DNA from: Amoebophrya sp. A120
Taxonomy: Eukaryota > Protista > Dinoflagellata
Assembly: GCA_905178155.1 (NCBI GenBank)
Contig: CAJINV010000001.1
Coordinates: forward strand, 6,357,860 to 6,421,859
DNA: 64,000 nt
Direction: 5' to 3'
Shown one piece after another: positions 33,925-47,351 of the stretch (its first letter is position 1; every line of letters begins with the position of its first letter). The position numbers were made by a program, and so were the translations under genes. Below the pieces are notes generated by a model. The model was not told the origin of the DNA. It did no database searches and worked only from the letters and a program-made list of their open reading frames with translations.

Positions 33925-36900
33925 ATGAGGAAGCCCGAAGATCTTCGCGTAGGAAACGACGTGAAACTAACGACGCCACCTCAAGAACATACTTCTGGGC
34001 GTCACTGTTTAAAGTCGAGTTTGAGGCTCTTGGAAGAATACGGCCGGCGAAAGTATGGCGCGCAGAATTTGCAAGGAGCTGGCGACGGAGCTCCCACTTG
34101 TACGGATTCTTCGGACACGACAAATCGCGGAGATCAGGACCAGGACGCAGCTTCCACAAGTACTGCTGCATCGTCCAGCACCGATGCAAGTAGCTCCTTA
34201 GCTTGTCGCGTTCGAGGTTTTTTGAAAAACGGCGCGTCGCCAGCATGGGTGCTGACAATAGTGGCGAAGCAGAGCAGGGAGAGCCTTTGCGACAGGTTAG
34301 AAGCGATCAAACTGGTTTTGCAGGATCACGTTCTTCGGCGAAAAAACAATTCAAGAACTACCGCAGCGAACTTCCACGTAAGCGATGACGAGACGGTGCT
34401 GCGACAGCCACTGATGTCTTGCATAAGAAGTCTTGCCACGACAAACTCTAACTCGAGTGCTGGCATCAATCATGCAACTACGCGAAACGGCAGCGCATTG
34501 AAAATAGCGCTGGAGATATTACAGATTATCAAGAAGAAAAACGCAGCCCCAGCGGATGAGCATCAAGATGCGAACGAGGACGAGCAGTCCGCGGACTACA
34601 GCGATGAAGAGGATGCTACGGAGCACGCTAGCGGTCGGGAAGTAGTAGAAGGTGATTGCCTACCCCTACCAGAAGACGAACTTGATTTCACACACCAGAA
34701 CCAGCATCTGATTACCCTCGAGATGGCCGAAGAAATCATCCGCTTCTGCTCGAAACTGCAGGACATGGACGTTAGAGAAAGGCCGCCAAGAGGAGCACAG
34801 GTGGGCACGCTGGACGAGAATGGACTTCCGGATGAGGAAGACACGGATGAACGCTTGCCCAAATCGCGATTGCAGGAACACATCGCTTTAGTTCAGGCCC
34901 TCTCTGCGCAGGCGATCCAGCTGTACAGCGAGGCAGTGGCCCAGGTTGCGTGGCGTCGGCGTCAGTGCTTCCTTTCGATCAGCTCCGTCCTGATTCCTTT
35001 TCTGTGTCGTCCGCATGTGCAACCTCTTTCACTGCACCAACTGAAACGCAGCAGGGAAGATGATCTAGACAACACAACAAGCAACTGTCGGGCTACCCTC
35101 CGTGCGGTCTTCGCAGAGCTTTTTCACCACGAGCACCTCCACGTGGGGTTTGGCTTTTTGCGCAGTGCCAAACGGGCAAAGCTCGAGGGAAAAACCACCC
35201 GACAGGAGTACAAATGTTATCAGCGAACGCTTTTCGAGAAAATTCGGGAGCATTGCGCAGCATCGGCAATGGCGCGGAAAGACGAGCGGCCCCATAAAGC
35301 GACAACAAATGTTTTTACTCTGCTGCCCTTTCTCTACCATGTCTGCTGCGACGCTGCAGATCGCGTTGTCGATAACTCCGCTGGCCCATCATCAACCGTT
35401 GCAACTGAGAATGGCACCGCGGGAGAACAACATTCTGGCTCCTCACTTCCTTCGGAGACGGTTGCGGGATCTTCTCTGACCGCGCAATCGAACAAGCGCA
35501 GCCGCGGGCAACACAGCAGCTCTTCGGAACAGGGGTCCCATAATCCCAAATTTGTCGTCTTGGAGGAACTGCACGAGGTTCTGGTTGACGCGATTAAACA
35601 AACCCGAGATGCGGACAAAATCGAGCAGGTTCTTCACTGTCTCGGGGACTTGTGGCATTTGGCCCACACGCGCGGTGGATATCGCATGTCGCAGGAAGAA
35701 GCCGAGCCGCTGAGCCAACTCCGCGACCTCGCGCTCGATCACTTGCGCACGGCGCCGGCTGCCGCCTGGCGTGCGCTTTCCGTCGTCCTGTCGATCGACA
35801 GTACCGCTGTGGATGTGGCGAAATACGACCTGTGGGAAAAGCTGTTTGCCTCCCCCGAACATGATCAGGACTGTGCCCTCCGCTTCGCCGGGGTTTTGTT
35901 CGCAACCAATCGGGACCTGTCAGAGACAAAGGACCTGCTCAAATCTTTGGTGGACTTTCTTATGCGGAAAGCAACTGAGGAGGTCCCGGACGAGAGAAAC
36001 CAGCAAGGAACTGCAACCCTGCTTGAAATGCTGCAGCTGGCCAGCCGCCGTCCTTTTTCTCAAAAGGATGCTCGTCACGGCGATTTCGTGCGAAAGTTTT
36101 CTCTCTTGTTGCAGCAGTCAGTCACCTCGCTGTCCACAGCGCAGCTGCAGCCTTTTTTCCAAGCGGTGCTTGTCGACTCAACCTTGGCGACGTCCGCACC
36201 CTCGGAGTTGTCTTCAGCAGTAGCAGGCAAGGTGGTCGAAGATCCGAAAGCAAGTAGTTCCTTTGGTTCCGCTATAATTGCAGTTGTGCTGCAAGCCATC
36301 CTGAGTGCTCGTTTGAATTTGACGGAGCAGAGTGCGGCCCCGTGCCTGAAGTTGTTGAAACCAATTCTTCAAAGATTCGTAACCGGCGAGGAGAACAGTG
36401 GGAGCAAGCGCAAAAAAGAAAAGAAGAGCAAAAAGAAACAGAAAAACCACGAAGAAGACACGGACATAAAGGCTTTTGACAAAGTTTTTTCGAATTATCC
36501 GTGCGTGCTGGAGGCGTTTTGCAATTTGCTGCGTGCCTGTGGGAAGTGGGGTCCGGTAGACGAAAGCCTGGATGAACTGATTGCCGCAGCGGAAAAGAAA
36601 GTAGACAGCGCCAAAAGATCTCCTGAGATGCTGGGGAATTCCACCGAACTACTTGCAGGGGGAGAGCAGACGAGCAAAATAACGGGCGAAGATCTTCATC
36701 TCGCCGTCGGAGTAACCTCAAGACCTGAAGACATACTCTTCCTGAACAACATCGAAGCTGGCAAAGACGTTGGACCGGAAGACCTGGCTCGACTTCTGTC
36801 AAAGATTCCCGAATGGCAATATCCAGACCTTTCAGAGACACTGTATCCGCACATCGGTGCAGCCATTCTCGGGAAGGATAAACAAGTCTCAGACGGGATC

Positions 36901-38754
36901 GAAATCTTTTCCGAGAAGAACAGCAGTTTACCTGCGAAGATTTCGTCCGGAGAACAACAGCCACGTTCCTCGCCGGAGATTCCGAAGGCTTGGGAGGCGA
37001 TTTTGCTTCAACTAAAACGCCGCGCCGACCTTGCACCGCTTGCAGCGAAATTTCTTCCGAAAGCGGGCGGCGCTTTGGTCGTAGACTTGGACTTTCAGCG
37101 GTTCGGTTTTAGCGCGATCCTGGAACTTGTTGTGGCCGTCCTTCAGCGGAGCACGGACCATGGATGTGGTCTGCTAGCAACCTATTCGGAGTACCGGCTC
37201 AGCCCAGCTGTCTTCGACGCTGCGAAAACAGACAACGCAATGTATGCATTCTTGGAGCTCCTTGCGCCTGTGCTTCTTCAGGAGGACGAAACGAGAGAGG
37301 GAGTAGCGGCAACACGGACCGACGCTGCTGCAGGAAATGCGCAAGATGAAGTTGAAGAAATGGGTTCGCAAGAAACGAGGAAAATCCAGATCCAGATTCT
37401 GGGAAACAAAAGCGGCACTGACGGCGCAACACCCAAGCAACAAACTACAGAACCAGGCGAGAGTCGGCTGGAGCTGCGCAGGCTATACCACACCCTCCCC
37501 CCGTCTCTGAAGTTGCTGAAGACGCTCGGCGTTCTCGACCGGTGTCAGATCGAACGCCTCAGCACTGCGGAGCTGTTGGAAATACGTTCCAAGTACTCTC
37601 TGGACACCATCGAGGAGTTCTACCAGGTTCCGCTCGTACAAGATGTCGCATGGCTGTGGGCACAGCTGTTTTCCACAAATCTCGACGCTGTCCGTGACTA
37701 CACGCGCAGTGAAGTTGTCAGGAGAAACATAGGCGAGGAGCTGAACTCTGAGGCCCCCGAGGAGGAAGCCCTGATCGCGAAGTGGCTGCATCTCGCCCTC
37801 ACTTTCCGGATCTGCCGCGCTCGCAAGCTTCCCTTTCAGCTGATCGACCGAGCCGTTAGCTTTGTGGACCGATGCGTCTGCGAGGAAGTTGAGGACAAAA
37901 GAAGCAGCACGACCTCGTCTATTCCAGCAACGACTACGCACGGCAGGGAAAGAAGACTCGAAGTCTTAGTGCAACTTCTTCTCGCAATACTGCCGTCGGT
38001 GCGCGGCAGCCACGATAACTCGCTGGTGCTCAGTGCCGCGATGTTGCGACTGGCCATCCAGAAACCGCAGGTTGCGCCGCCGCTTCTGAACGCATTATTT
38101 TCGCACGGCTGCGGTGTGGACGCGCAGCCGGTCTGGCTCTCGCACGTCCACATCTTGACGCAGGCACTCTTCTCGTTCCTCCACCACACCGCCGTGAAAT
38201 CCGCAGACCCCCTGCGCGACGCCCGCTCCCTGGTGCGGCTGTTCGAAATCTTCGCACGCGGAGGGCCGAAATTGAGTGCAGCGAGGTATTTTTTTCTTCA
38301 CGTGATTTAAATTTTTTTTTTGTACGACTACGTCGATAAAAAATCAAAAATGAATTAAGCAATAGTCAACAAAGATCATTTGACATGTGCCTCCAATGGC
38401 GACGAAAGCGATCATATTCTTTAAAACTCTACGGTCGTCCGGTTGAAACTTGTCTGTCACATCGATACACGTCATCAAAACAGTTCCCAAAAGCGGCTGC
38501 CGATGGGGAAGTACACGGGCTGCGTTGTTTCTCACTTTTTGAAAGCCGAGAGCAAATGGGCGCCGACGAACGATGCGGATCGGTTGGAGGCACGGCGCCT
38601 CTTGCGGCAGCAGGGCCTGCACGCCCTGCTCGACGTTATGGAGGAACAGCACCGCCAGCAGTTGTACGCCGTCCTCGACCACAAGCTGCGACCAAGGTTC
38701 AAGGAAACCTACGAAATGTTCCGCAAGCGCTACCGTTACACGGGGAAGGTGTAA
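33925..38754 (+). CDS. URB2: Nucleolar pre-ribosomal-associated protein URB2/Npa2-like; exons 33925-38285, 38484-38754
   Basis: GT-AG intron 38286-38483 joins in frame (SAAS/SQKRLPMGKY). C-terminus GLHALLDVMEEQHRQQLYAVLD..LRPRFKETYEMFRKRYRYTGKV matches the Urb2 C-terminal domain pattern; the body is long and helical. Confidence 0.78.
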
Positions 38755-39511
38755 GTAGAAGAGAGCTTTGACTGCGTCCTGGGAGACGAGCCGCACGACA
38801 GACAGGAGCTTGAAGCTACTACGACCTTAGATGTTTTTATCATTGCAACCAGCGAACAAAGAAATAACAGGCGAGCGCGAAAGTTCTGAACACCGAGCTT
38901 GAAATTGAAAACTGCATCCGCGGGCATTAAGCGACCAGAAGCTGCTCGTGCGACGGCGCTCGTGTTGTTCATCACTGTCGCGATGATGTGTCGTGTGCAG
39001 CGCTTTACTTTTTTCGTTCTTCACTTTGACTTTGGTGTTGCGCTTGATGCCATCCCGCGAGGCTTTCCATACCACTATCGCATGTCGTTCTGTCGCTGAG
39101 TCATATGTTGAATTTTCGTGGTGGCTTCCGGTTTTGGAAACCACGGTAGCGCGGTAAAAAGAGTAAGGAGCAGGCTCTCGTGGCCCCCCTTGTCCGCTGA
39201 GTGAGACATGAAGTTTGAATTTCGCTTTTCAGAACGAAATCATGAACAATGAATCGCTGCTGTGCATTTTCGTTCGTGCTAGTACCGATCTTCGAAATTA
39301 ACCTCTACCTCAACTCCACGACCAAAGCCAAATCTACTTAACCCTGGTTCTTCAAAGAGAGCATTCAAGATTTTTGAATCGTGGGAACGGTTTGTCCCCA
39401 ATCTATCTCTTATCTCGAGGTTTGGGTGCAGCTTCTTCGAGAAATACAAATACCGCCTGACCTTTCATTCGACGAGATTCAGATTTCGGCGCAGCCCAGA
39501 AGTTTAACAAA

Positions 39512-42472
39512 ATGACAACTTTGCCAAGCTCCTCCAGTAAGGTTCCGATACGAGGTGATCGTGACCCGGTGCCGGGCAGTAATGCTAATGGCGACGAAAT
39601 GGCAGATCTGAGTCTGACGCAGTTGTGGCACCACATTCAAGATTTGAATGCAAATAAACTGCTGGAGGTCATCCCTGCTTCCCCCGGAGCTGAAGGCGAG
39701 GCTGGCAGTGCGCCACCTGTGTCATTGTCTGGAAAAAATGGCGGTGGAAGCAGTGCGAGTTCCAGTACGAGCCCCACTCGTCTGCGTGTCGTCAACGGGA
39801 CCACCTCCTCTCCGGTGCCAACCGCTGCCGCTGTTGCTGCGCAATCAGGTAGTTCTACTACGAGCAGCCACCTTGCCGCGCCAGGACACGTGAGTGAGAT
39901 GATGCATAAGCGGAACGAGTCTGATTTCGATTTGCGGGAGAGGCTCAGTGCGACAATCGACATCGATGAAGGACTCCTGCGGGGGACACCAGGGACAGAG
40001 AAGAACAATGGAGCCGGCGCTGGACAACTACGAGCAAACCAGTTAGACCCGCCCGCAAAGCAGGAGCAAGTGTTCGCGTTTAGTCGAAAGCCACTCACCG
40101 ACGGAAGTACGGCAGCTGAAATCGCGAGGAAGCGCATGAGCGAGCGGCTGTCTGCAAACGTGCGCGAGAGTAGCAGGACATCGAGGACCGCTTCCAGCAT
40201 GATCTATGCTTCAAGTCACGTGGTACCAAAGCAATACATCAACCAGCGAAATAAACGTGGCGAAGCCGAAGGGGAGGCATCTGCAATGGTGCGAGGACTG
40301 ATGTTTGGTTTGTAGCGATAGCAAACAAGAAATGGATTGAGCAGATTTTCAAAAATGCTGTGACACAGACACCGTTGGGAACTTTACTAACTTTTGTTTA
40401 CGTGTCACGCAGTGATCGCGTGGGAGCAGCTGCAGATGCAGTGAAGAACTTCAACTTTTTAACTGCATAAATAACATACCCTGGACATCAGTCCTTCCAC
40501 TTTCAGGTAGAGGGAGATCTCAACGTCGAAGCAGGTGGTGAAGAAGCCGCCGAAACCGGGGAGCCGGGTCGTGCCCCCACCGTTGCAATAAGAACATCAG
40601 CTGCTTTACCGGTTGTTCCGCAAGGTGCAAGCTCTGCCGCCGGTTCTCGACTTTCAGAACTCTTTGACGGACGAGACACACTTGCCTTCAATCCGCAGAT
40701 TCCGCGGTGCGACAGCCGGATGTTTGACACTACCCAGCGCGACAGCACCCTGTCCCTGAACAGTCGCGAGAGCATCGCCAGTCGCATGAGCAGCATTCGG
40801 AACTCCGTGCAGATGCAGTTTCCGATGGTCGCGCCGACGTTAGCTGCTGCGCCAGAAGCTACAGCAGCTTCTGGTGGCGGCGCTATGAACTCCACAAATA
40901 CAGCAGGCGGATCTTCTGCTTCTTCCAGTAGGGCGGCAAGTGTGCGCTTGTCTCTGCGGTCCGGCGTCGGTCTGCCGAACGCCCGCGGGCTTGTGTCCGG
41001 CCGTCTCTCCTCGACGTACAACAGTCGCCCCTTTTCCGTGATGAGTGGGGGCTTCGAGTACGGCGATTTTCCGACGCTGTCCGGTTACGCCGGGGAGGAC
41101 TGGCGGCTCAAAGCAACAGTTTACGCGTCCATGAGCTCTGGGGGGTTTCGGAATTCGGACAGCGGCACGCTGTACGAAAATCTGCGGTACTTGTCAGTCG
41201 GTGACGCAACACCAGGCGGTGGTGCGAACGACAACGAGCGGCAAAAACTCTTTTCGCAAACCCGAACCGCTTCGAGACTGAGCGGCCGGGCGACCGAGAA
41301 TCTTGGTGGAGATGAAGGCGCGCTTGCTTCTGCTGCAGGACAAGACGACACGTCGAACAACGCCCGGGCGACGGTAACGGAAAGAACGGGTATCGAGCAT
41401 AAAAAGGAGGAAGTGGATCGCGAGGAAGCTGCGCAAAATGCGAACGCACCAATTGCGGCTGCCGCACCTCCCGCAAATAGCAGTATGAGTAGCAGAGCTT
41501 TGACAAGCGCCAAACTTTTGCAGAAAGCAAAACAGATTGCGAATCCCCTACCGTCTGCTGCGATGCGATCGAGCCTTTCGCCCCCGTCTGGGGTAGCTGC
41601 ACAGTACGAAAGCGAAGTGTCGTCACTGCTCGAACAACAGCAAGCGCTTGAGCATGAGGCAGCGCGTAAAACAACGGGAGGTACTACCGCCAAGGTGGAT
41701 CAACAAGCCGCTTCTCGGCCCTCTGTGGAGGCGTCTGAACCACCAGCGTCGTTGATGCAGGTACGAGAACTGCATGATCTGAATGTTGAAGCTTCTACTC
41801 GATTCATCAATCTGCACTTTATTGTCTTTGTGTTTGCGACCAGGTCTTCCGCCACCTCGACACAACTAGTGGGATAATTAGTTCTTGTTTAGGAAGGGAG
41901 GTGCAGATGATCATGATATAACTCTTCGGCATGAGAAACTCACACAAACAACACTCAAACAGGAGGGACCTACCGCTGCACTGGAAGTAGACAAAAAAAC
42001 AAACGAAGAGCCCGCTCCACAGAATTCGTCAGGCCCAGGAGCAGCATCAGCACAGGTGCAACCCAAAAAGCGCGTTGCTTTGCCAAAAGCAAAGCGGAAG
42101 AACAATCCAGACAACCCCATGCTGTTTTACGGGCAAGGTGGAAGTAAAAGGAGCTCGAGCAAGAGCATTGATTTTTGCAGTCCGATGATTAGATCGTCCA
42201 GAACTCCGCTGCTGACGCAATCTCAGAAAGCTTCCCTGTTTCCTCGACCAGACACCCGTGGGCCGCCACTCCTGCTCACCGGGTTTAAACTTCCGAACTT
42301 CTCGCAAATCAAGAAAGCAACCGACGCCGGTCCGTCTGTTCCACGCGTGATGACACGAATCCGAGACGAGAACGCTGCAGGAGCCCCAGCACGTCCGTTG
42401 AAGGTTCGCCAAAGCAATCGGGAGAGCCCGGAGGACGATTCCGCGGATGAACAAAGAGCTGCTAGTGGATGA
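39512..42472 (+). CDS. Hypothetical Ser/Ala-rich disordered protein; exons 39512-40288, 40507-41760, 41963-42472
   Basis: Phase-0 GT-AG introns 40289-40506 and 41761-41962 join three ORFs in frame. Confidence 0.78.
40294..40495. repeat. Intron-terminal inverted repeat AGGACTGATGT (40294-40304) / ACATCAGTCCT (40485-40495)
   Basis: Perfect 11-bp reverse complement, extendable with G-U pairs; 5 nt from the donor end and 11 nt from the acceptor end of intron 40289-40506. Confidence 0.9.
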
Positions 42473-43204
42473 ACTGCGGAACGCTAAATTATAAAAGTGT
42501 GCAGGTTTCTGCGACCGAACATCACGATCACCACCTGTAGAATGATCTAACTGCTAGAGTGTCCTTCTTAAGACCAATCTTCAGCTTGTTTCAGTTTCAG
42601 AATGATTTTTCCCAACGAGTTTGCTTCTCTTATTTCAAAATCCCCGCGCGTCTATTTTAACGTGGTCCCGTCCTCGCTGGCACGGAAGAAATTTGGAATC
42701 GTCAAAGCGAGGCGGAAGATATGAAAGCGGCTTGTTTCCAAGAAAGGACAAAGGAAAAATGTTGGAGAAAAAGTATTTATGTACTTACTTAATCTATTTC
42801 TATGTTGTAGTCAGCGTGCTGCATAAAAATTGGAGTTCGAGACAAAAATAAATGTTCCCTGCACCGTCCTTCTGCTACTTGCGCCACCGATCATCCGCAG
42901 ACAAATTGGGAATCAGAGTCTCTGTCCGCGGAATCGTTTCCAAGGCACTAGGGAAACCAGAACGCGAATGACCTTATATCAATCTCTATATTTTTTTGCG
43001 ATCGTGAATGTGGCAGTTGCGATCAGTCCGAAGAAGTAGATGTAATGTCATTCAGTCGTTAATATCCTGAAGAACGTGAAGTAGACACATTGACATTTTT
43101 GTTGAGATTTTTGGTATGGCTTACGTAGATCAGTAGACGCCGTTGCACTATCACTTGCAGCTTTATTGTCCCGCGAATATCGTAACTCCCAATTTTCAAG
43201 CAGA

Positions 43205-43771
43205 ATGGATTCCGTTCTTGGGCGCCTGAAAGAGAAGTTTCGCACCGAAGAGCGCTGTTCGGAGCAAAGTTGCTCAGACGACATTCCGGCCGGTGTCGAT
43301 GTAGCGAAGGCGTATCCGCCAACCCGAGCACAAATTGGAAGATGCGCCTGGAGGTACCTGCACACCATGGCAGCAAACTCGGACTTGGACGGCCCTGCAG
43401 CAACTACTTCGGGCACGAGCGCGGCATCTTCTAGCTCCTCATCGTCATCGTACTTCGGAAGTACGACGGCGGCCGGCCGCGCGGCAAAATCCGTTACGTT
43501 TCCCGAAAAGAAGCAGGAATCAATGCGCGACTGGCTCGTGTCGTTTGTGCAGTTCTATCCGTGCAGCCACTGCGCAGAGTCGTTCATCGACATCATTGCG
43601 GAGAAAGCGCCGGACTTCTCATCCCGGGACGCCTACGCACGGTGGTGGGGCTGGGCACACAATCGCGTCCGGGACGATCTCAGTCAGCCAAATTTCGTGG
43701 ATCCAGACAAGGATCTGCAGAAATTGATAGCTATCACAAAAACTGGCGAACAATGGCCACCGCCGAAGTGA
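43205..43771 (+). CDS. ERV1: FAD-dependent sulfhydryl oxidase, Erv1/ALR family
   Basis: PPTRAQIGRCAWRYLHTMAA, FYPCSHCAESF (redox CxxC) and W..AHNRV are hallmark Erv/ALR motifs; ATG at 43205. Confidence 0.9.
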   Translation: MDSVLGRLKEKFRTEERCSEQSCSDDIPAGVDVAKAYPPTRAQIGRCAWRYLHTMAANSDLDGPAATTSGTSAASSSSSSSSYFGSTTAAGRAAKSVTFPEKKQESMRDWLVSFVQFYPCSHCAESFIDIIAEKAPDFSSRDAYARWWGWAHNRVRDDLSQPNFVDPDKDLQKLIAITKTGEQWPPPK

Positions 43772-44323
43772 AAAGGATCATTTGGGCTTTGGTGCCGTGT
43801 CACTGCTTCGTTATTGGTCATGAAGAACGAAGTTCCATACTCGTGACGCTTTCGCCGTAAATAAAAAGATATATGACCACTAGGACGAGCAAGGAAGCAG
43901 TTTTGGTAACAGTTCTCCCCCTCTCCGTGTCGCTGTTGTAGCACGCAGCTGGTGTTCAATCGCGATCGGCTTGCCCTTCGTTTCGAGCTGCTCCGTCTTC
44001 ATTCGCGTAAAAAGATGAAAGCTTAAACTTCTTCGTCTTCTATCTTCTTTCAGTAGCGAGTTGTTAGAGCAACGCCCACGACCACGAGAGATCGTGCCGG
44101 CGCTCCCCGAGTAACAGTGTGTGTCAGTGAGCGGAAGTTCAAGTTCTTCCTAAATATATGAGTGCTGATCGAGTTCGAGGAGCTTTTTCGATGACATGAT
44201 CGAACAAGGAGATACTACAATCTAAAAGGTTCTATCTGCTAGTCCTCGCCAGGAAATAGGATTCGAGTGCAACTTCAACTCGCGACCGCATCCCGTGCCT
44301 CCATCAGTAAAGATTTAGAAACG

Positions 44324-46463
44324 ATGCCGTCAGGCTCGGGTGGCACGAACAGTGGCTCCCGGCCGGGGACCACGTCCGGGGCTGGAACGACCCGTCGCGT
44401 CAGCAACCCCGAAGAGGAGCTGCAGACCCAGCTACAGCATCTCCTCATCAGTCCAGATGCGGACATCGACCACTTTTTCGAGAATGGGCCGACGTTTCTC
44501 GAAACCTTCCTTGGTCTGCTCCAGGACCGGCTGCACTTCAGGCCCAACGTGATCCACATCCGCGGCGACCGTATTCCCAGCGTGGACAAGTCCAACCGAG
44601 ACCTCGCCAAGGACCTCTTCGAGGCCGCAAAAGTAGAGGGGTTTGCGGGGGAAAAAGACACGCTACGGATCATCGAAAAGTATTTCGACGAAAAAGTCGC
44701 CGTGGACCGCAGTCGCGTGCGTATGGAGGGCGCCCAGTCCTTGCATCCGCAGGACATCCCGGGGACCTACCCGGTCGGGTGGACCAATGAGAACGAGGAG
44801 GAGGAGGACTCGGATGAGTTCGATGTCGACGACATGCCCGGGTTCGTGCACCCGAACACGCGGAAGGCGCTCGCGCGCCTGGGTGCGAAAGACAAGGCGG
44901 ACGCAAAACTGAAGATGCAGGAGAACACGAAGAAGGTATCGATGCTAAAATCCGCCCCAATCGCGGGGAAAGCCAAAGAGTCCTTTTCGGACGACGAACT
45001 CGACTTCAAGGACCTCCTCGCCAAGGTCGGGCAAAACAACCCCTCTTTGACAATGAAGTACGTCTTACCCTTTTTCCAGCATTTGAACTTCGACAACATG
45101 CCGAAACTGACGTTCTTACGAATCCCGAGCAGCTTCGAGCGGTTATCTAGAGTCTCCCTCAACCGGTGCTCTTTAACCTCATTGGCCCCCGACTTGCTGG
45201 CCGCGCCGCAGCTCGAACAGCTCTCGCTGTACAACAACTCCATTTCACGCGTGAAACCTTTCGACCCGTCGCAACACAAGCGAAACAAACAACTGAAGTT
45301 TCTCGGGCTGGGCTCCAACTTCCTCGAAGGCCCGCAGGTAGAGGAAATTTGCGAGTGGTTTTCCGCTTTACTGGTCCTCGACGTGAGCTTCAACTTCGTT
45401 GTCGACCTGGACGCGTTTAACGAAAGTTTGATGAGAATCGACCTGACCGGAAACCCGTTATCGTTCGCACCGGATTTGAAATACCTGCTCGCCGACATGT
45501 TTCCGCGCGCGACGCCACCGGAAACGATTCGGGAATTGGAATCGGGAAAGTTCGCCCAGTCGCTGCTGGGGAAAACGACGGCAACAATGACGCAAACTTT
45601 GAAAGCAGCGGAAGATGACGAACCACAAACAATTCAGCTGGACAGCATTGCGCACAAGGTACAACTGGAGACTAAGCTTCCTGATATGGCTGTGCTTGTT
45701 TTTCTCATTCTTCGCTCTTGATGAACGTGCCTTATGCACATCTTTTACTGCGCCTTACTTGAACTTTATCATGAAGCTTCAGCTTCTTGACGTTGACCTT
45801 GACTACATGATTCATTGGCAATAAAAACTACCACAACGTCAGCCCGTTCCAGTGAAGATGACGGTTGTCTCCGGGTCGAACTTGCACCTGCTTTCCACCG
45901 ACACTGAAGTGCTTTCCGCGGGGAACCTCCACTTGAAAATAGACGTACCCGATTCCACCTCCCCACCAGTCTACATCCCGCTCACCACTACGGGCGACGT
46001 TCCCGACCTCGCGGCTCTCTCCGCCGCGGTCCAAGACCCGGAGCAAGATAATCCAGAAAGTTCCCAACTTGCATTCGACACGAATACGACGGAATGGACC
46101 GACGTCTATTCCCCGGCGCAAATCTGCAGCTGGATTGTCGGCGTGCCCTACATCGAAATTGGTTATTCCCGCTCGCCAAGTGAGGAGGAAGTGGCAGCAG
46201 TTGAGGCGGAGCAGGCGGAAAACCCCGACGCACCGGCGCCAAACCGCATCGCGAAGTACTTCACGCCGTTCGCCGGCGCTAGCATCGACGTGCAGCGGTG
46301 GCTGTGGGATCCCAGAAAGCCGCTGAACAATTTGTGCACTCCGCTGGTATTGTGCCCGGACTGCAACTTGCCGAAAAACCGAATGCCGCATTTGAGGGCG
46401 GTGCAGGGACCGCCGGGTATGCAGTTGCATTTGAAGATGTTGCTCGACTACAGTGCGTGCTGA
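44324..46463 (+). CDS. Leucine-rich repeat protein, LRRC43-like; exons 44324-45658, 45843-46463
   Basis: LRR series LEQLSLYNNSI / LKFLGLGSNFL / LLVLDVSFNFVVDL / IDLTGNPLSF resembles the LRRC43 repeat order; phase-0 GT-AG intron 45659-45842. Confidence 0.75.
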
Positions 46464-47351
46464 GGGATTATTTTGTGCCTGTCAGGAAGGAGCTGCAAGC
46501 TGTGACGAGCTGCTTGGCGGCTTTTGGCACCTGACGAGCACCAGGCCGAGTCAATTCGAAACTAATGACAGTCGAGGTATGATAGAATATGAAGCAATGT
46601 TGTAGCAATCCAATCGCAATCGATGTGGATGTTGCACCAGAGTAAACACACTTATAATTTTGTAGATGCAATTTTCGTCTACGCGGCCAGTTTTTTCAGA
46701 TCTTTCGCCTATGATGCCTGCATCGGCTCGCTTTGAAAAGCGAAAGTGTGCAGCTGGCAACAGCAATGGTGATAGTGCTGTTCTGGCGAATGAAGATCAA
46801 GTACATCTTTATTTTGCTTGCGCTGACTCATTGGTGTCCGTACTTCTGTAGCGGCCGTATCCTATCATCAAGATCTCTTTATTTTAACGTTGAGATACAG
46901 ATCCAATTTTTCCTTTTTGGATCAACGGCGGTTGCACTACTTAGCGCTGTGAATATTTCCTTCAATGATCGTCCGCCGCAAGATGATGAAGATCGCAGCA
47001 TTTCTGATCATCACCTTCTCTGCACAATTACTAGAACTAAAATTGCAACTAGTTTCTGGGACTTCCAATTCGCCAGCAGCTTATTACGAACTACTTCTCA
47101 ATCACGATCACCTAAGATTACCTTCCACCTTTGTAGAACTTCGACTTCGCAGCGACAACTCCAATTTCTACATCCGATTTTTTCGAATCAACTATCGAGT
47201 CAGTACATGGGGCGAAACATGGTATAGATGGTACAAGTACTCAAATTTAAGTTGTGCTGATGAAGAGCCCCAGGCCCAGCCAGTACTGATTGGCACTAAT
47301 TAAGTACCGAATTAGTCCTCGTTGTAGATGAAGGACGAGTAGAGCGTCAAC

